Shown here: positions 44,857 to 52,826 of the stretch, piece by piece
Layout: every line of letters starts with the position of its first letter
Numbering within the stretch: the stretch's first letter is position 1
Assembly: GCA_035530195.1 (NCBI GenBank)
Contig: DATKVG010000043.1
Location: forward strand, 1,375 to 65,374
From: Candidatus Bathyarchaeia archaeon
GTDB taxonomy: Bacteria; Hydrogenedentota; Hydrogenedentia; Hydrogenedentales; SLHB01
DNA: 64,000 nucleotides
Direction of reading: 5' to 3'
The notes under the pieces: generated by a model
Databases searched by the model: none
What the model saw: only the letters and a program-made list of their open reading frames with translations
Told to the model about the DNA's origin: nothing
Program-made: the position numbers and the translations under genes

Positions 44857-47604
44857 ATGGCTCCTGACGCACACTTGTTGGAACGGTGGGTACACGACCG
44901 GGACGCGGACGCGTTCGCGGAACTGGTTGCCCGCTACTCGGGCCTCGTATACGGCACGTGCCGGCGCATCCTCGGCGATCCAACCGAGGCCGAGGACGTG
45001 GCGCAGGAAGCTTTTATCGAACTGGCGACGCGCGGCCGCGCCATTACCACCTCCATCAGTTCCTGGTTGCACACCGTCGCCACCCACCGCGCATTGAACC
45101 GCATTCGTAGCAACAAACGGCGCACGTTGCGTGAGCGACAATATCAACTCGAACAAGAATCTACCGGTGAGGCCGGTTGGGAAGAGATCTGGCGGTACGT
45201 CGACCAAGCCATCGCCGCACTGCCGGAGAAATATCGCGAGCCGATCGTCCTGCGATTCATTGACGGCCGGACGCAGGAATTCATCGCCCGCGAACTCGAC
45301 ATGCCGCCCGCCACGGTCCGATTCCGCCTGGCGCGCGGCGTGGACGAGATTCGCAACACGCTGAGAAGCAAAGGGGTCAGCGTGTCGGTGGTTGTGTTGG
45401 GTGCCGCGCTCGCTGGAATGGAATCGGGCGCGGCGCCCGCCACATTGACCGCCGCCCTGGGCCGGCTCGCCCTGTCCGGCCTGACGACACAACCGGCCGC
45501 GCTTGGGGCCGGAAAACTCGCCCTGATAGGAGGGGTTGCCATGACAACAAAAAAGGCCGTTGTGGTCGCTTGTGCAGTGCTCGTGATTCTCGGGTTGGGC
45601 GGCATTATGTTGTACAGAACGCAAAAACCGCCACAATCCCCTCGAGTGCAACCCGTCGCAGCCGCGCCAATCGACAAAAACCAGCCGGCTGGCGCCGCGG
45701 CTGCCCCTGAATCCGCCGTGCCCGACGCTGTAACGCCGCCCCCGCCTGAAACCGCTCCAAAAGAAGAGCCGCCCAAGCCCGTTATACTCCCGGCTGCCGT
45801 AGCGGGGCTGGTGTCCACGATGGCTGACGAACCCATGGCGGGCGCGTCAGTCTATTTGGAGGTGCTGGAAGGCGGGGAGGACCTGAATGTCGCAAAAACT
45901 TACTCGACAACGACCGGCGCGGACGGCCGATACCGTATCGACGGCATCGACACGCTTGGCACGGGCCGCGCCGAGGCGTCGGTTTACGCCAGCGCGCCGG
46001 GATTCCTCATGGCGAAACTGCGCGGGCTCAAGGTCAAGAGCGGCGACGTTGCCGAAGCTGATCTGCGCCTGAAAGAAGCCCAGTACGTCGTGGCGGGGAT
46101 GGTCGTGGCGCAAAACCGCCAGCCACTGCCCGACGCCTCGGTGGAGCTGCAGTATTACGGCTACGACGCCGAGGGACTCGAGACAACCGCCGCCTCCGGC
46201 ATGACCACCGGCAATATTGGCGATCCCAAGTTCGTGTTCGCGCTTACCGACCCGAACGGCAACTTCGAGATCGCCATTCCGGCTCAAGGTCTCTGCGATT
46301 TCACCGTCCGAAAAGACGGGTACGGCCCAGGATTTTTTCCTCAAATCCCGACCGGCACACGCGACGCCGTGTTCGTGTTGCGCGCGCCCGGCGCCATCGC
46401 CGGCCACGTGAAAAACGCCGACGGCATGCCCGCCGCAGGCGTCAAGGTCCAAGTCATGGGTGCGGGTTTTCCGGGCGGGCTGGCGCCGTATCCGGTATGG
46501 GTGCAGCCGCTGTTGCTGAAAACGGTTTGGGCACGTTCCGCGGAGGACGGTTCATACCAGGCGGACGGGCTTGGCGAGGAATACTGGTATCGCGTGGCGG
46601 TTCCCGTGCCGAGTTTGTTGGAAGAGGAGAAACTGCTGGCGCAGGTGTTGGGAGTAAATGTGCAGGCCGGCAAAACCACTACCGGCGTCGACCTCGTCCT
46701 CCCGCCGGAGGGCAAAGAGACCGCCATCTTCGGCACGGTGACCGATATCGCCTCCGGCGACCCGGTTTATCCTATGGCCGTGGACGTCCTGCCGGTCGAC
46801 CGCAATCCGTTGAGCGGTCTGGCCTCCCCCGTCTACTCTTCCGTATTTCCAGACGGATCCTTTCGGATTGTTCTCAACATTACGGCCGAATGCGACGTGA
46901 TCTGCCGCCACCGATACGAAACCGAAGGCGGCGGTGTCTGGTGGGATCCCGAAGGCCAGACGGTCAGAATAAAACCGTACGAGGAAAAAGAGGTCAACTT
47001 CTCCGTCGCCGCCCCGTTCAATGTCGAGCTCGAGTACGTCGACGAGGCCGGGGCGCCATTGCCGGGCATCATGACGGCCATGCGGCGCGCTGAAGGCCGC
47101 GGCGGATGCGGTGGCAGCCTCATCTCCGACCCCGACGGCCGCGCCACCATGCACGGACTCCCGCCGGGAATCCCGCTGGTTGCAATGGGCTGGCAAGAGG
47201 TCGGTGGGAGGAACCTCATTACGATCGGCTGCAGCGAACCATTCACCGGCAGTGCCGGCCAGACTGTGTCCGGCGTGCGGGTCGTGTGCCGGCCCGTCAC
47301 AGGCGTGGGCGGTGTCAGCGGGGCCCTTGCGTGGCCCGACGGCATCCCCGTCGCACAGACGATGGTGTACTGCAGGACGATGTGGGCCGGCTCCCAAATC
47401 GAGGAGAGCGTTGCAATCTCCGCCGCCGATGGATCTTTCACCAGCGGCAGCTTCCTGCCCGAAGGCGTCTACCCCGAGTTGGCCGTCGGCTTTGAGGACG
47501 ATCAAGGCCGCATCTACGGCGCCATCGTCAACGACGTCACCATTTCCAACGGCCAAACTACACCCCTTGGCACACTAACCGTGGCACAAGCACCGCCTGA
47601 ATAA
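44857..47604 (+). CDS. ECF (sigma-70 group 4) sigma factor fused to a transmembrane segment and a ~660-aa extracytoplasmic region of CarboxypepD_reg-like repeats
   Basis: Sigma region 2 (FAELVARYSGLVYGTCRRILGDPTEAEDVAQEAF) and region 4 (LPEKYREPIVLRFIDGRTQEFIARELDMPPATVRFRLARG) are both present. A TM helix spans aa ~234-253, followed by a Pro-rich linker. The remainder carries repeated ...G.V...G.P..GA.V......T..DG.Y...GL modules. Confidence 0.8.
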   Translation: MAPDAHLLERWVHDRDADAFAELVARYSGLVYGTCRRILGDPTEAEDVAQEAFIELATRGRAITTSISSWLHTVATHRALNRIRSNKRRTLRERQYQLEQESTGEAGWEEIWRYVDQAIAALPEKYREPIVLRFIDGRTQEFIARELDMPPATVRFRLARGVDEIRNTLRSKGVSVSVVVLGAALAGMESGAAPATLTAALGRLALSGLTTQPAALGAGKLALIGGVAMTTKKAVVVACAVLVILGLGGIMLYRTQKPPQSPRVQPVAAAPIDKNQPAGAAAAPESAVPDAVTPPPPETAPKEEPPKPVILPAAVAGLVSTMADEPMAGASVYLEVLEGGEDLNVAKTYSTTTGADGRYRIDGIDTLGTGRAEASVYASAPGFLMAKLRGLKVKSGDVAEADLRLKEAQYVVAGMVVAQNRQPLPDASVELQYYGYDAEGLETTAASGMTTGNIGDPKFVFALTDPNGNFEIAIPAQGLCDFTVRKDGYGPGFFPQIPTGTRDAVFVLRAPGAIAGHVKNADGMPAAGVKVQVMGAGFPGGLAPYPVWVQPLLLKTVWARSAEDGSYQADGLGEEYWYRVAVPVPSLLEEEKLLAQVLGVNVQAGKTTTGVDLVLPPEGKETAIFGTVTDIASGDPVYPMAVDVLPVDRNPLSGLASPVYSSVFPDGSFRIVLNITAECDVICRHRYETEGGGVWWDPEGQTVRIKPYEEKEVNFSVAAPFNVELEYVDEAGAPLPGIMTAMRRAEGRGGCGGSLISDPDGRATMHGLPPGIPLVAMGWQEVGGRNLITIGCSEPFTGSAGQTVSGVRVVCRPVTGVGGVSGALAWPDGIPVAQTMVYCRTMWAGSQIEESVAISAADGSFTSGSFLPEGVYPELAVGFEDDQGRIYGAIVNDVTISNGQTTPLGTLTVAQAPPE

Positions 47605-47653
47605 GACAGCTGCAGACAGTTCGCGCGCGACTCCTAATCTCGGCGCACACGGT

Positions 47654-47718
47654 CTCTGTCCATGCTGTCCACTGCTGTCCACAATGTCCACCGCGTCCAC
47701 AACGTCCATGTCCGTCCC
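47654..47718 (+). repeat. 6-8 unit ~9-bp-period tandem array, NNNN-GTCCA on the sense (plus) strand
   Basis: ctctgtcca tgctgtcca ctgctgtcca caatgtcca ccgcgtcca caacgtcca tgtcc gtcc. GTCC occurs at 47658, 47667, 47677, 47686, 47695 and 47704, with degenerate copies at 47710 and 47714. Confidence 0.9.
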
Positions 47719-47781
47719 CTGAACTTCCTATTCGGTTCCAAACCTGCGACAATACCCCAAGCTCAAAAAGGATTTTTCAAA

Positions 47782-49686
47782 ATGCCCTTCAAGCTTTGCT
47801 TCCTCAGCGCTCTCCTCTGTGCGAGGCTCTGCCAGGCCGAAAACATAACTTCCTGGTCCTCGCTGATCGACACCACGCGCGCGCAGCCTTCCCTTACTGC
47901 CGCATGCGACGAACTCGTCGCCCAAGCCCGGAAAGCCGTCGCCGAACCCATCGTGCGCCGTGCCCGTTCGCTGGCCGAGGTCGGCCAGAACCGGACGTGG
48001 CTCGATGGCAGGGCCAACGCGCTTGAAGACGAGATCCGGGAGCAATTCGCGCTGGCAATGTCGGATTTCGGGGCGTGCAGCTTGCTGGCGAAGGAACTGC
48101 CGATGCTGGCCGCGGCGTACCGCCTCACCGGCGAGAAGCTCTTCAAAGACCACGTGATCGCACAGCTCGACGAGATGGCCTCCTGGTCGCCGCTCCAGCG
48201 GCCCGGTTGGACACTCTACGCCCCCGGCCACCGCCTGCCCCCCGACGGCAAAGACGGCAACTGGCTTGCCACAGGCTGCGGCATCCGCGCGCTCGGCGAC
48301 ACGCTCGAGTTGCTCCCTTCTGACGCGCTCGACGATCAACTCCGCGCCAGACTGAACACCCTGCTCGAAACCGAGATCGCCGGCGTTGTCGACGACTGGC
48401 TGGCCCGCCGGCCATGGTTCGTCCGCTCGAACAACCCCGTCACCAACCAGTGGGTGCTGCCGACCGAAGGCCTCGTCCGCGCCTGTCTCGTCCTCGGCGT
48501 TGATACCCACCGCGACGCCTACGAGCTCGGCGTGAAAAACCTGTTGGCGGCGCTCGACGCCCACGGGCCGAACGGCGAGTTCGAGGAAGGGTTCGGCTAC
48601 GCCTCGTTCACCGTTACGTCGCTGCTGCATGCCGCCCACGCCATGGCCGCTGCGGGCGATCGGCGCGCAATCGACCACCCGTTTCTCCGGCACTTCCCCA
48701 CGTGGCTGGTGCACCACTTCCAGCCCGGCAACATGGTGATCAACTGTTTCGACGCGGGCGGCGCGTTCGACGCGGCCAAATCGACCCGGCCGTTGTTGTC
48801 GCTGCTGGCCGTCTGCACCAACGATCCCGTTGCCCGTTGGGCGCTCGCGTTCCAGGCCGGCGGCCCGTCCAACGACCTCGGCGGCCTCGCCGCCCGTGGC
48901 CTCGAACCAGTGGGCGCCGATGCCACCCCGCCGCTCTTCGCCGCCTACGAACGCGCCGCGCGTGTCAACTGGCGCGACAGTTGGGACGACAACGCCACCG
49001 GCGTCTGGGTGCGCGGCGGCCATCCGCTCGACCAGCACGACCACCAGGACCGCGGCCACGTCAATTTCATCTGGAAAGGCAAACCCATTCTTATCGAGGC
49101 CGGCACGCCTTCCTACCACCACCCGCTGATGATGACGCAATATACGCCCGGTATTGGCCACAACGTCCTCCAACTCGGCGACGCCGCGCCCGCCGATTCT
49201 GCCAAAGCCGGCGAGCTCGTGTGGATGCCCGGCTGGCAAAAGGCCGGCGGCGTCGCACCCATCAGCATCAACCGGCTCGACGCTTCCGGCGGCGACGTCA
49301 CCGTCGACGCCACGAAATGCTATGACAGGCTACAACTGTGGAAACGGCGTGTGCAGTGGGATGCAAAGCATCTGGCCGTAGTTGATGAGGTCCAACTCGC
49401 ACCCGATACGGCCGACATTATTATGTTCCGCTGGCACCTGGGCACAAGTGAAGATGCGATTATCAAGGAAGAAGCGGACTGCTACACGCTGGACTTCAAC
49501 GGCCTCCGCCTCTCAATTGAACCGTCCGCGCCCATCGAGGTTTCCCAAATCAAGCTGCCCGACCACACCCTCGAAGGCCATACGGGCGATGAAGACCCCG
49601 GCAACGTCCACACCTGCATTGTCGTGCGGTCGCGCGAAAAGACCCACGCCTTAACGTGCTCTCTACAGGCGGCGCCGGCGGAATAA
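47782..49686 (+). CDS. Secreted heparinase II/III-like (polysaccharide lyase-like) protein
   Basis: The ATG at 47782 opens the signal peptide MPFKLCFLSALLCARLCQA. DQHDHQDRGHVNFIWKGKPILIEAGTPSY fits the heparinase II/III family pattern. Confidence 0.6.
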   Translation: MPFKLCFLSALLCARLCQAENITSWSSLIDTTRAQPSLTAACDELVAQARKAVAEPIVRRARSLAEVGQNRTWLDGRANALEDEIREQFALAMSDFGACSLLAKELPMLAAAYRLTGEKLFKDHVIAQLDEMASWSPLQRPGWTLYAPGHRLPPDGKDGNWLATGCGIRALGDTLELLPSDALDDQLRARLNTLLETEIAGVVDDWLARRPWFVRSNNPVTNQWVLPTEGLVRACLVLGVDTHRDAYELGVKNLLAALDAHGPNGEFEEGFGYASFTVTSLLHAAHAMAAAGDRRAIDHPFLRHFPTWLVHHFQPGNMVINCFDAGGAFDAAKSTRPLLSLLAVCTNDPVARWALAFQAGGPSNDLGGLAARGLEPVGADATPPLFAAYERAARVNWRDSWDDNATGVWVRGGHPLDQHDHQDRGHVNFIWKGKPILIEAGTPSYHHPLMMTQYTPGIGHNVLQLGDAAPADSAKAGELVWMPGWQKAGGVAPISINRLDASGGDVTVDATKCYDRLQLWKRRVQWDAKHLAVVDEVQLAPDTADIIMFRWHLGTSEDAIIKEEADCYTLDFNGLRLSIEPSAPIEVSQIKLPDHTLEGHTGDEDPGNVHTCIVVRSREKTHALTCSLQAAPAE

Positions 49687-49708
49687 CTTCGGCCAGTCTT
49701 GCCGAAGT
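49686..49708 (+). terminator. Hairpin immediately after the stop codon (possible terminator, no U-tract)
   Basis: ACTTCGGC (49686-49693) pairs with GCCGAAGT (49701-49708) around a 7-nt loop. It is followed by a C-rich rather than a T-rich run. Confidence 0.3.
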
Positions 49709-49767
49709 GCCGCGCCCCCCCTTGCTCCGCGACCGCGGCCCGCGCACCTGTTTGCTCGATCCTTTCC

Positions 49768-49797
49768 TTGAAATCCCCACCTAAATCTTGGTACAAT
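49768..49797 (+). promoter_or_regulatory. Sigma-70-like promoter upstream of tRNA-Glu
   Basis: TTGAAA (49768-49773), an 18-nt spacer, then TACAAT (49792-49797). It lies ~68 nt upstream of the tRNA 5' end. Confidence 0.4.
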
Positions 49798-49864
49798 TAT
49801 ATTCCCGCTGGGAATGTGCCCAGTGGGTCTCTTTTGCAGCGCGACACGCAATCGCTTTTTCGGC

Positions 49865-49942
49865 GTCCCTATCGTCTAGCCCGGCCTAGGACACCGCCCT
49901 TTCACGGCGGCGACACGAGTTCGAATCTCGTTGGGGACGCCA
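49865..49942 (+). tRNA. tRNA-Glu: tRNA-Glu (anticodon UUC), CCA encoded
   Basis: Cloverleaf traced by hand. Acceptor stem GTCCCTA/TGGGGAC. Anticodon arm CCGCC-CTTTCAC-GGCGG. T arm ACGAG-TTCGAAT-CTCGT. Discriminator G followed by CCA. The anticodon arm sequence matches bacterial tRNA-Glu closely. Confidence 0.9.
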
Positions 49943-50284
49943 TTTCTTTTTCTTTGCCGAAATAGGTAAAGTGTACCCAGAATTTCCCCCTGCTATGAGG
50001 ATCTGGACAGCCGCGACTTGAGCGGGCCGGTGAGCGTCGCTGAGATTCGACTTCACCGGCACAAGTTTCTCGGTGAATGCAACTTCCGCCCATGAATTCC
50101 AGTGACTATTTCCTCGTTTCCTCCAAGACAGAATTATTCCGAATTTGCGTCAGGGTTTGTTTACTTACGGCAAGCGGACAATCTATGAAGTTCTTGACCA
50201 GCTTTCGAATCAGGTGATAGGTGAGAAAAAGTGGCGGATTGCGGGAAAAGCAGCTATCGTGGTCTTTGAAGGGAGACCGTCTTG

Positions 50285-52753
50285 ATGCGTTTCGTGAAGT
50301 TGTTTTTTGTATGTTTTTTTCTGTTGGGTGCCGGGGTGCAGGCGGATGGGGCTGAAACATGGCGCATTGTGCTGGGTCAGGAGCACGCGGGCGACGAGGC
50401 GATGCGCGTTGTGCTCGAGGATCTGCGCGATTACGGGGCCACGTTTGGGCTGACGTTCGAGATGGTTTCGGACGCGGCGGCGGGCACGGGCGGTAACGCG
50501 ATCGTGGCGGGAAATGCCGCGCGCAACGCGTGGACGGCGCGCCTTGTGGAATCGGGGCTGATAGGGGCGGGCGGTGTTGCGGATGCGGAAGCCTATGCGA
50601 TTGCTACTGTGGAGGAGGGTGGCCGCCGCACGGTGGTTGTCGCGGGAGGCTCGGTGATCGGCGATGTGTACGGGCTGTACTGGATTTGGGATCGGATGCG
50701 GGTCGAGGGACGTATTCCCGACATCAACACCGTCCGAACGCCGGCAATGAAAATCCGGCTTGGCGCAGCATGGGGCAGGCAGGGGTTCGGGGGCCGGAAC
50801 GAGAAGCAGATGCAGATTGCGCTGCGCCACAGTTTCAACTGGGTGTCGGGTCCGGCGATTCTGGACCTGGTGCCTTGGCATAGCGAGCCGGAGGGGGAAA
50901 CAAACCGGAAGAACCGGGAAGCGGCTAAGTCGCTGATCGACTACGCGCATTCGCTGCACATGAAATACTTCAGTTTTGCGAACGAGTTCACGTTTCACCC
51001 GTCTCTACTCGAGGAAACGGGGGCGAAGTTGACGCCATGCGACCCGAAGTTCTGGGAGGCGGTACAGCAGAAATTCCGAATGTTGTTCACCGCGCTGCCG
51101 GAGCTGGACGGGATCGAGCTGTGTAATGACGACCTCTCGGGGTTCTGGGGGCGGTATGTTCCATTCGACGTGACGCGGGACGCCCCGGAATGCGACTGGT
51201 CGTACGAAAAACGGTTCCGGACGTTCGTAAACAAGGTTCACGAGGTGGTGGTTGGGGAGTTCGATAAGACGTACTTCCATTTTACATGGGGGTTGCGCGA
51301 GCACGAGGTACACTGCCAGCCTGAGGTGTTCCGGGCGATATTCCGGGACGTACCCGTGAAGAACCTTTATCTAATGCCGAAAATCACGCGAGGCGACCGC
51401 TGGTGGTATCAGCCGTATAACGCGACGTTCAACCAGACGCCGCACCCCACGATCGTGCTGTTCGAGACGATGAACTATTACGAGAGCGGTTCCTCACATC
51501 TTTTCCCGACATTTTCGGGGCAATATTTTCAGCGAGGCCTGCAAACGTTCCTGGCGCCGGTGGAAACCAATGTGCGTGGAGCGGCCGCGCTGGCCGGACT
51601 TGATACGGCCGATTGGGGAACGGTGGGCGCATACAGCTATGTACTGTATCGGTTGATGTGGAACCCGGACGAGCCGGTCGAGCAGATCGCGCGGGATTTC
51701 TGTGCGATCCATTTTGGGCGTGACGTGGCGTCGGAAATGGCCGCCATTTACCTGCAATCGCCCGAGGCTTACCAGTACGGTCTCCACATCGGCCCGATTT
51801 CGTACGGCCAGTTTAACTCGTTACTCCACATGCGGGTGGGCACCTTTCCGGCCGACGGGTATCCCATTGTCGATGGGGGCAGGGAGCACCTGGAATTTCT
51901 TCGCAGGATCTACCTGCGTTGCGTGCCGTGGAGGACGGAAACTCTGCGTGCACTCGAGTACGGGCGCACCGCCGCGGAGCAGATGCTCGCACGGTACGCC
52001 GCGATCAAAGGGCGGATGAGAGACGCGGCGGTAGCCGGGGAGATCGAGAACCGCCTGCAGATGACTCACAACCTTATCCGCACGAACATCGGCTACGTTG
52101 AAACCATCTTCGCTTACTTCGATTACATGGAGGCGCCGACGGCCGCGAACCGTGAGGCGCTTGCCGGCGCACATGAAAGGATCAAGGCCGCACTGGCCGA
52201 TTTCAAGGCCACGCCCCAGTTCAATTATGACCTGTTGGGCATTGACGTGTTCATGCAGAACGTCGAGGAAGTGCTCTCCGACCGGGACAAGGCGCTGGAA
52301 CGGCTGGCGCGGACGCCGGACCGCCGCCAACTCGAAGCACTCATCGCGGAATTGCAGCAGCGATACCGCGACTTGCTTGAATCACACCGCGGGGAGGCGG
52401 TCCTGTTTGGCCGGTTCAAGATCCTCGTAGACGGCCAGGACATCCTGATTGTCCAGGGTGATGACTACCGCATCAAGAATGTGCGGTGGGACGGGGCGCA
52501 CGTTGAGGTGGGTGAGATGCCGGCGCCATTGCCGCGCGAGCCCGTTACGGTTGTACCGCACGACATCGAATCGCGACCCATGCACCCGTTTGTCGTCGAG
52601 CAGCCGGCGCCAGAAAACGATTACACCGCCAGAATCTATCTGGACGACGCACCCGGCGCCAATGGCTGGATGATTTTCGACCTCTACTATATCCCGCGGC
52701 CACCGGAATCGCTCAATCTTGACATGGCATGGGCGCGCAAGGCGGGAGATTGA
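50285..52753 (+). CDS. Secreted GH-like protein with an alpha-glucuronidase/GH20b-type N-terminal domain (distant paralog 1 of 4)
   Basis: The ATG at 50285 opens a signal peptide (MRFVKLFFVCFFLLGAGVQA). EAYAIATVEEGGRRTVVVAGGSVIGDVYGLYWIWD is the N-domain pattern shared with the next three genes. Confidence 0.55.
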   Translation: MRFVKLFFVCFFLLGAGVQADGAETWRIVLGQEHAGDEAMRVVLEDLRDYGATFGLTFEMVSDAAAGTGGNAIVAGNAARNAWTARLVESGLIGAGGVADAEAYAIATVEEGGRRTVVVAGGSVIGDVYGLYWIWDRMRVEGRIPDINTVRTPAMKIRLGAAWGRQGFGGRNEKQMQIALRHSFNWVSGPAILDLVPWHSEPEGETNRKNREAAKSLIDYAHSLHMKYFSFANEFTFHPSLLEETGAKLTPCDPKFWEAVQQKFRMLFTALPELDGIELCNDDLSGFWGRYVPFDVTRDAPECDWSYEKRFRTFVNKVHEVVVGEFDKTYFHFTWGLREHEVHCQPEVFRAIFRDVPVKNLYLMPKITRGDRWWYQPYNATFNQTPHPTIVLFETMNYYESGSSHLFPTFSGQYFQRGLQTFLAPVETNVRGAAALAGLDTADWGTVGAYSYVLYRLMWNPDEPVEQIARDFCAIHFGRDVASEMAAIYLQSPEAYQYGLHIGPISYGQFNSLLHMRVGTFPADGYPIVDGGREHLEFLRRIYLRCVPWRTETLRALEYGRTAAEQMLARYAAIKGRMRDAAVAGEIENRLQMTHNLIRTNIGYVETIFAYFDYMEAPTAANREALAGAHERIKAALADFKATPQFNYDLLGIDVFMQNVEEVLSDRDKALERLARTPDRRQLEALIAELQQRYRDLLESHRGEAVLFGRFKILVDGQDILIVQGDDYRIKNVRWDGAHVEVGEMPAPLPREPVTVVPHDIESRPMHPFVVEQPAPENDYTARIYLDDAPGANGWMIFDLYYIPRPPESLNLDMAWARKAGD

Positions 52754-52826
52754 CGTTGAGTTTGAACTGCGAAGTGCATTACGACCAAATTACTGGCTTG
52801 ATGGACGATCTGGAAAGGATAGCCTT

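Noticed and set aside
47662-47781. In-frame upstream ATG that would add MLSTAVHNVHRVHNVHV... to the heparinase-like protein
   Set aside because: It would bury the obvious signal peptide (MPFKLCFLSALLCARLCQA) 40 aa inside the protein. The repeat at the sister locus is read in a different frame and terminates. The repeat is therefore treated as non-coding.
50027-50059. Possible inverted tRNA fragment (minus strand GTCGAATCTC resembles the TTCGAATCTC T-loop region of the adjacent tRNA-Glu)
   Set aside because: Only ~9-10 nt match. The flanking bases cannot form a T-arm or an acceptor stem. The segment is better described as a simple 7-bp hairpin.
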